From: an uncultured Gammaproteobacteria bacterium
GTDB lineage: Bacteria; Patescibacteriota; Patescibacteriia; 2-12-FULL-57-11
Assembly (NCBI GenBank): GCA_964648865.1
Contig: CAZYLV010000005.1
Coordinates: forward strand, 6,360-70,359
Reading direction: 5' to 3'
DNA: 64,000 nt
Below the pieces are notes generated by a model. It did not search any database. It had not been told where the DNA came from and saw only the letters and a program-made list of their open reading frames with translations. Positions 7,493-15,854 of the stretch are shown piece after piece. Both the position numbers and the translations under genes were made by a program. The first letter of the stretch is position 1. The number at the start of each line of letters is the position of its first letter.

Positions 7493-8407
7493 ATGGTCAT
7501 CTCCCTCGCACGCGTCATCAAGGCGGCGCTCCAGGACTTCGTCCGCAACTTCTGGCTGTCCGTGGTGACGACCAGCATCCTGGCGTTGGCCCTCATCTCG
7601 GTCAACATCCTGCTGGTCCTCAACATCCTGGCCGGCGTGGCGCTGGACGCCGTCTCGGAGCGCATCTCCATCTCCGTCTACCTCAAGCCGACGGCGGGGG
7701 AGGACGTGGTCGCGACCATGAAGAGCGCGCTCGTCTCGCTGCCGCAGGTCAAGGAGATCACGGTCACCAGCGCGGACGCGGCGCTCCGCAAGCTCCAGGA
7801 ACGGCACCCGGACAACGAGGCCATCCAGAAGGCCGTGGAAGAGCTGGGGCGCAACCCGCTCGGGCCGTCGCTGGCCATCAAGGCGCGCAACACCGCCGAC
7901 TATCCTTCCATCCTGGCGGCGCTCGAGAACCCGGCCTACGCGCCGTACGTCCAGGAAAAGAACTTCGACGACCATCGCGACCTCATCACCCGCATCCGCG
8001 GCATCTCGGAGAAGGTCGAGCGGACGGCCATCTCGGTGAGCGCGCTGTTCGCCGTCATCTCGCTCTTGATCGTCTGGAACTCCATCCGCATCACCATCTA
8101 CACGCACCGTGAGGAGATCGGCATCATGCGCCTCGTCGGCGCCTCGGCCTGGTTCATCCGCATGCCGTACGTCATCGAGGCCCTACTCTACAGCGCCATC
8201 GGCACGCTCATCGCCGCGGCCGTCATCTTCCCGCTGTCCGGCGCTGTCGGCCCGTCCATCCGCAATTTCTTCGACGGCACGCAGTTCGACCTGCTCGGCT
8301 TCTTCCAGAAGAACGGTTGGCGGATCTTCGGCATCGAGTTCCTGATCGCCTCCGCGCTGACCACCATCACCAGCGGCATCGCGGTGGGGCGCTACCTGAA
8401 GCGATAA
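7493..8407 (+). CDS. ftsX: cell division permease-like protein FtsX
   Basis: Four TM helices with a large first periplasmic loop. Directly follows ftsE with 7-nt spacing. Confidence 0.85.
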   Translation: MVISLARVIKAALQDFVRNFWLSVVTTSILALALISVNILLVLNILAGVALDAVSERISISVYLKPTAGEDVVATMKSALVSLPQVKEITVTSADAALRKLQERHPDNEAIQKAVEELGRNPLGPSLAIKARNTADYPSILAALENPAYAPYVQEKNFDDHRDLITRIRGISEKVERTAISVSALFAVISLLIVWNSIRITIYTHREEIGIMRLVGASAWFIRMPYVIEALLYSAIGTLIAAAVIFPLSGAVGPSIRNFFDGTQFDLLGFFQKNGWRIFGIEFLIASALTTITSGIAVGRYLKR

Positions 8408-8885
8408 AGAAGAAGAGCGCCTCTTTGCAGAGAGCGCTCGAGCAGTCCGAGGACTGCGGAGAAAAAACGGCCGGACCCCTGTGGCACGGGTATCGGGGTC
8501 CGGCCGGGACGTCCCGCTGGACGTCCGGTCCGGCCGTGCCATCGGACCTAGGCACCCTCCCGGCACCGCGTTCCCATGAGCCTTCCGCCTCCTTGGCGGA
8601 CGCACGGGGAGACACGAGCGCCGTCGGCCGACAGCGCTTGGTCCGTATCGTGGACCAGTCCGGTTTGGAAGCCGCGCGACCTGTATCAGGACTTTCGGTC
8701 GCGTGCAGGGTGCCCGCATCGGCCGCACTGACCGTTTCCCGCTGCGGGGGAACGGCGCATATCCTAGCGGCTGCGACATCAAGGGTTCTACTAGAAAACG
8801 GTCGCCGCGTCAAGGGCTTGCTCTCGCATGAAGGGGTTGGCACGGCGTGTATTTTCTGGTAGCTTCCGCGCCACGGAGGTGAACG

Positions 8886-9089
8886 ATGGAGGGCACGGTC
8901 GTGTACTGGTCCGCGAAGCGGAAGTGGGGGCGGATCAAGGCGGATGAGGACGGCCGGACCTACGGCTTCCGCAAGGCCTGGGTCGCCGAGGCGCATCGGA
9001 GCCGGACGTTCACGCGCGGGGAGCGTGTGCGCTTCCGCGGCGACGAGACGGCCAAGGGCCGCAAGGCCCTCGACGTCGCGCCGCTCTGA
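8886..9089 (+). CDS. cold-shock domain-like protein
   Basis: 67 aa. 'GTVVYWSAKRKWGRIKADEDG' parallels the CspA 'GTVKWFNAEKGFGFI..DDG' pattern. 'GERVRFRGDETAKGRKALDV' parallels 'GQ.V.F....G.KGP.A..V'. SD GGAGGTG lies 6 nt upstream. Confidence 0.55.
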   Translation: MEGTVVYWSAKRKWGRIKADEDGRTYGFRKAWVAEAHRSRTFTRGERVRFRGDETAKGRKALDVAPL

Positions 9090-9149
9090 CGGCACCCCTC
9101 GGCTCGGGACGACGCGCATCTGCAGGAATGCAGGCGCGCCTTTCTTTTC

Positions 9150-9178
9150 TTGAAGCGCATGCCTCTTTCGGGTACATT
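9150..9178 (+). promoter_or_regulatory. sigma70-like promoter TTGAAG-17-TACATT for tRNA-Gln
   Basis: 17-nt spacer. The -10 ends 10 nt before the tRNA 5' end. Confidence 0.55.
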
Positions 9179-9188
9179 TCCGTCGCGC

Positions 9189-9262
9189 TCCGGGGTCGTC
9201 TAACGGTAGGACATGGGCCTTTGGAGCCCAGTATCATGGTTCGAATCCATGCCCCGGAACCA
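9189..9262 (+). tRNA. tRNA-Gln (anticodon TTG)
   Basis: TCCGGGGTCGTCTAACGGTAGGACATGGGCCTTTGGAGCCCAGTATCATGGTTCGAATCCATGCCCCGGAACCA: U1-A72, anticodon loop CTTTGGA. Confidence 0.85.
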
Positions 9263-9340
9263 GAACGCTCGACGGAAGTCGGGCGTTTTCGTATTGACGG
9301 AAGGTCTTCCGCGTGGTATGTCCCGGTGCAGGAGGTCCTC

Positions 9341-9760
9341 ATGGAAGATCGTTCGGTGGTACGCGCGGCGGGCATCGTCTACGGCAACGCGGGCGGCACG
9401 GTGCTGCTCGTCAGGGATCCGGACGGCAAGTGGCGCCTGCCCGAGGTGGGCCGCGGCTCCAAGGAGCGGCTGGCCCCGGCGCTCGAGCGCCACCTGCGCG
9501 AGGAGTACGGCCTGCCGTGCGTCGTCCAGGAGGGCGAGATGCGCTGGGTCACCGAGCCGCACGTGGACGACGGACGCGCCGTGGTGGTCCACTTCGAGGC
9601 GCGTGCCTCGACCAACGAGCTGCAGCCCAACGGCCACGAGGTACGCTGGGTCTTCGACCAGGACGCCATCGACCTGGCCGAGCGCCAGGAGATGGCCTTC
9701 GACACGGCCCACATCCTGCGCCTCGTCACCAAGTGGCGGCTGCCGATGATCAAGCCCTGA
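9341..9760 (+). CDS. NUDIX hydrolase
   Basis: 'GRGSKERLAPALERHLREEYGL' fits the Nudix box G-x5-E-x7-R-E-U-x-E-E-x-G-U approximately. Start trimmed to the ATG at 9341 (SD GGAGG upstream) because the longer ORF overlaps tRNA-Gln. Confidence 0.6.
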   Translation: MEDRSVVRAAGIVYGNAGGTVLLVRDPDGKWRLPEVGRGSKERLAPALERHLREEYGLPCVVQEGEMRWVTEPHVDDGRAVVVHFEARASTNELQPNGHEVRWVFDQDAIDLAERQEMAFDTAHILRLVTKWRLPMIKP

Positions 9761-9779
9761 CCGTCGCCTGCCGTCGCCG

Positions 9780-9808
9780 CGCCGATGCCCTCGGCGTTCC
9801 TTTTTTTC
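9780..9808 (+). terminator. rho-independent terminator (CGCCGA-TGCCC-TCGGCG + T-tract)
   Basis: Hairpin followed by TTCCTTTTTTTCTC. Confidence 0.7.
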
Positions 9809-9859
9809 TCGGGAGGCGCTACGGTGCGCGACGTCCGATGTCGGACAGGAGGAGGAGAG

Positions 9860-10537
9860 ATGTCCGGAGTGGATTCGACGGCGCTTCGTGACCTGTTCCT
9901 TGCGATGGGCAGGGACGAAGAGGCGGCCAACCGGCTGTTCCTGGAAGTCTATCGGCTCTGCGCGCTCGTCGAGCGCCGTGGGACCTATCCGCTGCTGCGC
10001 CCCGCGGACGATGACGAGGAGCTGCTCCTGGCGGGCAGGGGACGGGCGGCCTGCGTGCGGTTCTTCGGCGAGATCGCCCTGGGTTGGGAGACGCTCCCGC
10101 TGTCCGATCCCGCGCTGTTCCTCTGCGGCAGAGGGCACGATGCCACGGACACCGTGGCCATCGACGCAGAGCTCGGTCCCTCGCGGAGCGGTTGCGACCC
10201 GGCGAGCGACGCCTTGACCGGCTTCATCGCCGAGAAGGGGTCGGGCGCCGAGCGCAACGCCGTGCTCCAGGAGCTGGAGGCGGCGGCGCCGTGGCGCGCG
10301 GCGTTCTCCTGCATCAACCGGGGGATCGAGCGACGCACCCAGGTGCCCTGGGCGCAGGAACGCCTGCGGCAGACCTTCCGGCTGGCGGTCCAGGATTTCC
10401 TGCGGCTACACGCCGTCTCGACGCTCCTCGGCGACCCCATGGCCGGGCGCACCGCGCCCATCGTCGGCATGCTGCACGAGTGCGTGCCGTTGCTCGTCCG
10501 CTGCGCCCCGCTGCGTCTCGTGGTCCTGATCGGCTGA
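9860..10537 (+). CDS. hypothetical protein
   Basis: 226 aa from an ATG preceded by GGAGGAGGAGAG. No recognisable motif. Ends at the terminator-containing repeat element. Confidence 0.4.
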   Translation: MSGVDSTALRDLFLAMGRDEEAANRLFLEVYRLCALVERRGTYPLLRPADDDEELLLAGRGRAACVRFFGEIALGWETLPLSDPALFLCGRGHDATDTVAIDAELGPSRSGCDPASDALTGFIAEKGSGAERNAVLQELEAAAPWRAAFSCINRGIERRTQVPWAQERLRQTFRLAVQDFLRLHAVSTLLGDPMAGRTAPIVGMLHECVPLLVRCAPLRLVVLIG

Positions 10538-10546
10538 CACGTTCCC

Positions 10547-10612
10547 TCGGCCTCACCGGAGGTATCGGCCTCGGGACGCCGCGCACGGAGGACATGCGCG
10601 GCGTTTTCTTTT
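10547..10612 (+). repeat. ~70-nt 3'-UTR repeat element copy A ending in an intrinsic terminator
   Basis: TCGGCCTCACCGGAGGTaTCgGCCTCgGGACGCCGCgCACGGAgGaCATGcGCGGCG-TTTT, near-identical to 28397..28466. Terminal hairpin CCGCGCA/TGCGCGG plus T-tract. Confidence 0.7.
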
Positions 10613-10639
10613 GCCCGCGTTCCGGTTACGCTGTCCGCC

Positions 10640-11527
10640 ATGGACGCCGCGTATATCCGTCGACGGCTATTGGCTTGGTACGCCCGCCACGGGCGGGTGC
10701 TGCCGTGGCGCGGCGAGACCGACCCGTACCGCATCCTGGTATCCGAAGTGATGCTCCAGCAGACGCAGGTCGACCGGGTCATCCCGTTCTACGGGCGCTT
10801 CATGGAAGGTTTCCCGACGGTCGAGGTGTTGGCCGCCGCGCCGGCGGCCGACGTCATCCGCTCGTGGGGCGGGCTCGGCTACAACCGCCGGGCGCTCTTC
10901 CTCCAAAAGACCGCGCAGGCCGTCGTGGCGCGCCGCGGATGGCCGCGGACCGTCGAGGGCTTGCGGGAGCTGCCGGGCGTCGGCGCGTACACCAGCCGCG
11001 CGCTGGCGGCCTTCGCCTTCGGGCAGCGCGTCTCGGTGCTCGACGTCAACGTGCGCCGCTGGGTGCAGCGCGTGCTGTTCGGCCCCGAGTGGAAGCGGGG
11101 AGCGAAGGACGATGCCACGCTGCAGGCCGCGGCCGACGCGCTCGTCCCGGAGCGGCGCAGCTACGATTGGAACCAGGCCATCATGGATTTCGGCGCCGCC
11201 GTGTGCACGGCGCGCTCGCCGGACTGCGCCGCCTGCCCGTTCGCGGACGTCTGCAAGGCGCGGCCGGCCATCGCCCGACGGGGGAGCGCGGTCACGGCAC
11301 CGCGCAAGAGACGCGCCGTCCCGTTCAAGCAGACCCAGCGCTACGTGCGCGGCATGGTGCTCCTGTTGCTGCGCGAGGGCCGCACGCCGCTGCCGATGCC
11401 GCGTCTCCTCGCGGAACTCCACGGCCGCGACGCGGCCATCGTGCCGCCGCGCGCCGCCAAAGCCGTTTCGGCGCTGGCTGCCGACGGTCTCATCCGTGTC
11501 GCCAAGGGGAGCGTGCGCCTGCCGTGA
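10640..11527 (+). CDS. mutY: A/G-specific adenine DNA glycosylase
   Basis: 'LLAWYARHGRVLPWRGETDPYRILVSEVMLQQTQV' is a classic MutY N-terminus. HhH-GPD 'LPGVGAYTSRA'. 4Fe-4S loop 'CTARSPDCAACPFADVC'. Confidence 0.85.
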   Translation: MDAAYIRRRLLAWYARHGRVLPWRGETDPYRILVSEVMLQQTQVDRVIPFYGRFMEGFPTVEVLAAAPAADVIRSWGGLGYNRRALFLQKTAQAVVARRGWPRTVEGLRELPGVGAYTSRALAAFAFGQRVSVLDVNVRRWVQRVLFGPEWKRGAKDDATLQAAADALVPERRSYDWNQAIMDFGAAVCTARSPDCAACPFADVCKARPAIARRGSAVTAPRKRRAVPFKQTQRYVRGMVLLLLREGRTPLPMPRLLAELHGRDAAIVPPRAAKAVSALAADGLIRVAKGSVRLP

Positions 11528-11597
11528 GGGATTGACAGGCGGCCGATTCCGTGGAAGGGTGGCGCCACCCCACGACGGGGAGAAGGAGTTGACAACC

Positions 11598-12674
11598 ATG
11601 GACGGAACGGAGGAGACGCGCTCGCTCGAGGAGTCGTACAAGCGGTTCCTGGAGCGGGTCGTGGCGTCGGCGCGCTCTGCGGGGGTGATCGACAACGCGG
11701 GGCTCTTCACGCAGTACCCGCACAAGCGCCTCTTCGAGGCCTACAAGGACGAGCCCAAGAGCCGGGCCGCGCTGCTCGCGGCGAACTCGAAGATGCCCTT
11801 CGAGATCGCCGAGCACCTGGACGTCGCGGGCTGCATCCAGGTCTTCGACATCGCCCTCGACAAGCTCAAGGAGGCCACGCCCGACAAGGTGTTCGAGAAG
11901 GTGACCCCCGCGGAGCTGGTCCGCATGACGGACAACAAGGAGCTCTGGGAGTACGTCGAGGGCAAGAAGTGGTACCTCACGGAGTCGTCGGAGCACCGTC
12001 AGCTCGCGCGAGAGCTGCTCGCCGCATGCAAGGAGTTCCAGCTCGGCGGCGGACCGACGCGCACGCTCCACGCCATCGAGGACAGCATAGGCATCGACGC
12101 CTACGTCGAGCATCTGCCGAAGGCGGCTCTCGCGGCGATCATCCGCGCGGCGCGCGAGCTGGGTGACGGCAAGCTCGCCGGCAAGCCGATTCCCTTCACG
12201 GTCGACGCGATGGCCGAGGCCGCCGGCACGGACGTGCTCGCGGATCACCTGCCGCTGCCCGTCCTGGTGCGGCCGATCCACGCCTTCGCCAAGGCGGCCG
12301 GCTGGATCGTCGAGGCATCGGAGCCGGAGGCGGCCAAGGAGCCCGCTCCGGCCGACGGCAAGGACCAGGAGGCGATCGAGAAGCTCGTCAACCCGCCGAC
12401 CGAGCCGCCGCCCTCGCCGGGCGCCACCCCACCGCCCCTGCCGCCCAAGGCGGAGGGCGCGGAGGTCCGCGAGGACGAGGTCGAGGAGCTCGACGAGCTC
12501 AGCCCCGAGGATGCCGCGGCGCTGGCCGCGCTCGAGGAGGGCAAGAAGGGCGAGGAGCTCGTGCTCGAGGACTTCGGCGAGGACGAGACGGGCGACGGGG
12601 ACAAGACGCAGGTCAAGGGGAACCCCCTGGTCCCGCCGCCCAAGGGCAAGAGGTCCGCCTCCGCCCGCAAGTAG
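11598..12674 (+). CDS. hypothetical protein with acidic/Pro-rich C-terminal tail
   Basis: 358 aa. SD GGGAGAAGGAG lies 9 nt upstream of the ATG. Followed by a clean terminator. Confidence 0.55.
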   Translation: MDGTEETRSLEESYKRFLERVVASARSAGVIDNAGLFTQYPHKRLFEAYKDEPKSRAALLAANSKMPFEIAEHLDVAGCIQVFDIALDKLKEATPDKVFEKVTPAELVRMTDNKELWEYVEGKKWYLTESSEHRQLARELLAACKEFQLGGGPTRTLHAIEDSIGIDAYVEHLPKAALAAIIRAARELGDGKLAGKPIPFTVDAMAEAAGTDVLADHLPLPVLVRPIHAFAKAAGWIVEASEPEAAKEPAPADGKDQEAIEKLVNPPTEPPPSPGATPPPLPPKAEGAEVREDEVEELDELSPEDAAALAALEEGKKGEELVLEDFGEDETGDGDKTQVKGNPLVPPPKGKRSASARK

Positions 12675-12698
12675 ACGCCGCGGCCGCGGAGGCCGCAC

Positions 12699-12726
12699 CC
12701 GCGCCGGATGCGCGGTTTTTTCTTTG
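12699..12726 (+). terminator. rho-independent terminator (CCGCGC-CGGAT-GCGCGG + TTTTTTTCTTT)
   Basis: Perfect 6-bp GC stem followed by a T-tract. Confidence 0.75.
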
Positions 12727-12737
12727 TCCGAAGGGGA

Positions 12738-12766
12738 TTGACATTTCGCCCGCGATGTGGTATATT
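12738..12766 (+). promoter_or_regulatory. near-consensus sigma70 promoter TTGACA-17-TGgTATATT
   Basis: Exact -35 TTGACA, 17-nt spacer, extended -10. Lies 84 nt upstream of the zinc-ribbon gene ATG. Confidence 0.7.
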
Positions 12767-12849
12767 CGCGGGCGTCGGAAACGTGTCGTACGTACGTGCA
12801 CGGTGCCGAAAAGGTCGATTCACTCAAACCGTTCGTTCGAAACGCACGT

Positions 12850-13191
12850 ATGGCTTACGGCAACCAGTCCTTCGGGACCCGCCAGATGGTCAATGTGTCG
12901 GACATGGGCCTCTCCTGCGCCGGCTGCGGCGTCGGGATCACCGAGCTGCCCTTCCGTCCGACCTCCGACCGTCCGGTCTACTGCCGCGATTGCAACCGCA
13001 ACCGCCGGCAGTCGGACCGCCCCGCGATGGGCGACCGCCCCCCGCGCCAGATGGTCGACGTCTCGGCGATGGGCCTCTCCTGCGCCGGCTGCGGCGTCGG
13101 GATCACGGAACTCCCGTTCCAGCCCTCGTCCGACCGCCCCGTCTACTGCCGCGATTGCAACCGCAACCGCCGGCAGGGCGGCTCCTTCTAA
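12850..13191 (+). CDS. tandem-duplicated zinc-ribbon mini-protein (2x ~43-aa CxxC..PF.P..RPVYCRDC repeat, YacG-like flavour)
   Basis: Two near-identical units: 'QMVNVSDMGLSCAGCGVGITELPFRPTSDRPVYCRDCNRNRRQ' and 'QMVDVSAMGLSCAGCGVGITELPFQPSSDRPVYCRDCNRNRRQ'. Eight Cys in four CxxC pairs. Confidence 0.6.
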   Translation: MAYGNQSFGTRQMVNVSDMGLSCAGCGVGITELPFRPTSDRPVYCRDCNRNRRQSDRPAMGDRPPRQMVDVSAMGLSCAGCGVGITELPFQPSSDRPVYCRDCNRNRRQGGSF

Positions 13192-13207
13192 CCGGAAGGA
13201 CACCGAA

Positions 13208-13234
13208 CCCCGTCATCCGACGGGGTTTTTGGTT
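13208..13234 (+). terminator. rho-independent terminator (CCCCGTC-ATCC-GACGGGG + TTTTTGGTTT)
   Basis: 7-bp stem followed by a T-tract. Confidence 0.85.
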
Positions 13235-13248
13235 TGTCCGCGTGGCGG

Positions 13249-13257
13249 TGCTATAGT
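13249..13257 (+). promoter_or_regulatory. extended -10 TGcTATAGT, 8 nt before ATG 13266 (leaderless configuration)
   Basis: Spacing implies a TSS at or 1-2 nt before the start codon. Confidence 0.5.
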
Positions 13258-13265
13258 GGTCCGGT

Positions 13266-13529
13266 ATGGCATTGCTCGAATTCTACGGACGCGAGTGCCC
13301 GCATTGCATGCGGATGAAGCCGCTGATCGAACGGCTCCAGAAGGAGACGGGAGTGGAGGTACAGAGCTTCGAGGTCTGGCATGACGATGCCAACGCCGCC
13401 AAGATGGAGGAGTACGACAAGGGGATCTGCGGCGGCGTGCCGTTCTTCCACAACACCGGCACGGGGGAGAGCATCTGCGGCGAGGTGCCGTACGAGGAGC
13501 TCAAGAAGTGGGCAGGGGCCAAGACGTAG
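13266..13529 (+). CDS. glutaredoxin/thioredoxin-like small redox protein
   Basis: 87 aa. 'EFYGRECPHCMRMKP' carries a CPHC redox motif at the typical N-terminal position. Confidence 0.7.
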   Translation: MALLEFYGRECPHCMRMKPLIERLQKETGVEVQSFEVWHDDANAAKMEEYDKGICGGVPFFHNTGTGESICGEVPYEELKKWAGAKT

Positions 13530-13534
13530 CGCGT

Positions 13535-14554
13535 ATGGGGAACCCGGCAGCAGTCGCGGGAGGGCTCCTCGGTGTGGCGCTCTTTTCGTTTCCGCGGGTC
13601 GCCGCGGCGCATGAGCGCTGGTTCGTGGACGGCGCGACGGCGCCGGCGCCCGCCACCTTCGCGTCCTACGGCGTCCACGCCGCCGTGGCTGCCGTGGCCA
13701 TCGTGCTGCTGCTCGCCGTCGCCCGGCTGCTCGACCGTTGGCTGCGGACCATGCAGTTCGGCTCCGGCGCGGCCGCCGCCATGGGCCGGTCGGCGCCCTG
13801 GGCGCCGCTCGTCGTCGGTTGGAGCGTCGCCGTGGTGCTGGTCTCCGTGGCGCTCGACCGCGCCCTGCTCGCGCCGCACCTCACGCTGCCGGACACGCCG
13901 TCCGCCACGGCGCTCGTGGTGGCGCAGCTGCTCACCGCCGCAGCGTTCCTGCTCGGGCTCTTCACGCGCGTCGGCGCGGGCGCGCTCATCGTCTTCGCGG
14001 TCTGGAGTTTCGCGCAGTTCGGCCTGCCGGCGGTGGAGAACCTGCTGTATCTGGGCATCGGATTCTTCCTGTTCGTCTGGGGGCGCGGCCGGCTCTCGCT
14101 GGGCGCGGTCTTCTCGCGCGTGGTCTTCGCCATGGATACGGCGCACATGAAGCCCGTGGCCCTCTCGGTGCTGCGCATCGTCGTCGGCGCCGCGCTGGTC
14201 TGGGGCGCGGCGGACAAGATCATCCATCCCGAGCTGCACCTGCAGCTGCTCGCCGACCATCCCTCCTGGAACCCGCTGTCGCTCATCCGCGCCACCGTCT
14301 GGCCGTCGCTCGGCGAGGAGCTGTATCTCTTCTGCGCGGCCATGGTGGAGGTGGCCGCGGGCCTGCTGCTCATGTCCGGCTGGTTGTTGCGCCCGGTCGC
14401 CGCCGGACTCCTCGCCCTCTTCGTCATCTCGCCGCTTTTCCTGTTCGGTCGTGAGCGTACCGTCGACATCATCGGCCACCTGCCCTTCATGGCCGCCATG
14501 CTGACGTTCGTGCTCCTCGGCAAGACGGTCGAGCGTTCCGACCGGCTGCTGTAA
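13535..14554 (+). CDS. DoxX-like integral membrane protein (duplicated 4-TM module)
   Basis: About 8 hydrophobic helices. Starts 6 nt after the thioredoxin-like gene. Start at ATG 13535 preferred over 13508, which would overlap that gene. Confidence 0.55.
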   Translation: MGNPAAVAGGLLGVALFSFPRVAAAHERWFVDGATAPAPATFASYGVHAAVAAVAIVLLLAVARLLDRWLRTMQFGSGAAAAMGRSAPWAPLVVGWSVAVVLVSVALDRALLAPHLTLPDTPSATALVVAQLLTAAAFLLGLFTRVGAGALIVFAVWSFAQFGLPAVENLLYLGIGFFLFVWGRGRLSLGAVFSRVVFAMDTAHMKPVALSVLRIVVGAALVWGAADKIIHPELHLQLLADHPSWNPLSLIRATVWPSLGEELYLFCAAMVEVAAGLLLMSGWLLRPVAAGLLALFVISPLFLFGRERTVDIIGHLPFMAAMLTFVLLGKTVERSDRLL

Positions 14555-14608
14555 CCGGCGGCGGTCCCGGCGGTATACGGGATCAGACATCTCACATCAC
14601 GCACCTCT

Positions 14609-15406
14609 ATGCACAGCCGTTTCGCATCCGCCGTCGCCCTGGGCCTCGCCGCCCAGCTGCTCACGGCGCCGCTGGCCGCCCTCGCGCAGGAGACGGGCAG
14701 CGTCGACACGACGTCCTGCGCCAATCCCCGTGCGGCCGAGGTCGTGGCCCGCATCGCGGAGAAGGAGGCCGCGCTCGACGCCCGGCGGCGGGACGCGTCC
14801 ACCAAGCTTGCTGAGCGCCGCGCCGCGCAGGACGGCCGTCTCGAGGCCAAGCGCGCCGAGCGTGACGGTGCCGTCGCAAAGCGCCGCAGCGAGGTCGATG
14901 CCCGCATCGCCGAGCGCAAGGCAAAGGCCGAGGACCGCGCCGAGGACGACGCCGACGTCCGGGCCATCAACGGGGCGTTCGCGGCCGCGGTCGAATCCGC
15001 GCTGGGTGCGTATCGCGCCTCCGTGGAGACGCAGCTCGCCGCGCGGCGCGCGGCCGTGGATGAGGCGCTCGAGACGCGCCGCGCCGCCATCGACGCCGCC
15101 GCAGCCACGCGCAAAGCCGCGGTGGACCAGGCCGTCGCGTCCTTCAAGGATGCGGTCTGCGACACGACCGACAAGGCCGCCGCCGAAGCCGCTCGCGCGG
15201 CGCTCAAGGATGCCGTGGCCGCCGCGCGTTCCGGGTTCGTGACCGCGGCGCAGCAGGCCAACGCGGCATTCAAGGACAGCCGTAAGGGCGCGGTGGCGAC
15301 TTTCAAGGATGCGACGGAAGGCGCCCGCGGCACGCTCAAGGCGGCCCTCGAGGCTGCGCGCGCCACGCGCAAGGCAGCGCTCGAGGCGCTCCGCGACGCC
15401 TCCTGA
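14609..15406 (+). CDS. secreted Ala/Arg-rich repeat protein (signal peptide)
   Basis: 'MHSRFASAVALGLAAQLLTAPLAALAQE' signal peptide. Repetitive AxxAxxEAxxRAAxD pattern. Confidence 0.5.
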   Translation: MHSRFASAVALGLAAQLLTAPLAALAQETGSVDTTSCANPRAAEVVARIAEKEAALDARRRDASTKLAERRAAQDGRLEAKRAERDGAVAKRRSEVDARIAERKAKAEDRAEDDADVRAINGAFAAAVESALGAYRASVETQLAARRAAVDEALETRRAAIDAAAATRKAAVDQAVASFKDAVCDTTDKAAAEAARAALKDAVAAARSGFVTAAQQANAAFKDSRKGAVATFKDATEGARGTLKAALEAARATRKAALEALRDAS

Positions 15407-15418
15407 CGCGCGACAACG

Positions 15419-15449
15419 AGAAGCCCCGGCCTCAGGCCGGGGCTTCTCA
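15419..15449. terminator. bidirectional hairpin between convergent genes (GAGAAGCCCCGGCC-TCA-GGCCGGGGCTTCTC)
   Basis: Perfect 14-bp stem in the 40-nt gap between convergent stops. Confidence 0.6.
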
Positions 15450-15851
15450 TGTCAGCGGGAGCGACTCCAGGTATTCGATGAGCCGGTCGCGCGCCAGTTG
15501 GCGCTTCGACGCGGCGGTGTGCTCCTTGATCGGCGTCACGCGCCGGGCGCGTCCGCGCATCTCCTCTTCCTTCTTGAGCGCCTCGATGTATCCGACGGCC
15601 TCATCACGGACGGCCGCCGTACCCTCGCCGCGCACCAGCGCCCGCATGGCGGCCGCGCGGTCGCGCTTGTCCTGCGCCGCGTCCCGGTCCGAGGCCCGGT
15701 CGTACCCCGTGGCCTGACGCTCCAGCCACTCCGCGACTTCCTCCATGGTCCGGAGCGCCTCGTCGCGGCCCATGCGGCCCATGCCCTTCTTCTCGCGGAA
15801 GGAGGGGTCCATCATCTCCAGGAAGCGGTTGCCGCGTTCCGTGCCGGCCAT
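15447..15851 (-). CDS. hypothetical protein
   Basis: 134 aa, charged. Starts 3 nt downstream of the LOG stop on the same strand. Confidence 0.45.
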   Translation of the reverse strand: MAGTERGNRFLEMMDPSFREKKGMGRMGRDEALRTMEEVAEWLERQATGYDRASDRDAAQDKRDRAAAMRALVRGEGTAAVRDEAVGYIEALKKEEEMRGRARRVTPIKEHTAASKRQLARDRLIEYLESLPLT

Positions 15852-15854
15852 AGG

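Noticed and set aside
8408-8885. RNase P RNA, tmRNA, SRP RNA or 6S RNA in the long intergenic region
   Set aside because: I could not find the conserved P4 (AGGAAAGTCCGGGCTCC), tmRNA tag or terminal tRNA-like motifs, or the SRP domain IV motif. It is kept only as a candidate structured leader.
9128-9340. N-terminal extension of the NUDIX ORF
   Set aside because: It overlaps tRNA-Gln (9189..9262) on the same strand. The ATG at 9341 has a proper SD.
12757-12849. GTG start at 12757 for the zinc-ribbon gene
   Set aside because: That start would lie inside the -10 element of its own near-consensus promoter. The first ATG after the predicted TSS is 12850.
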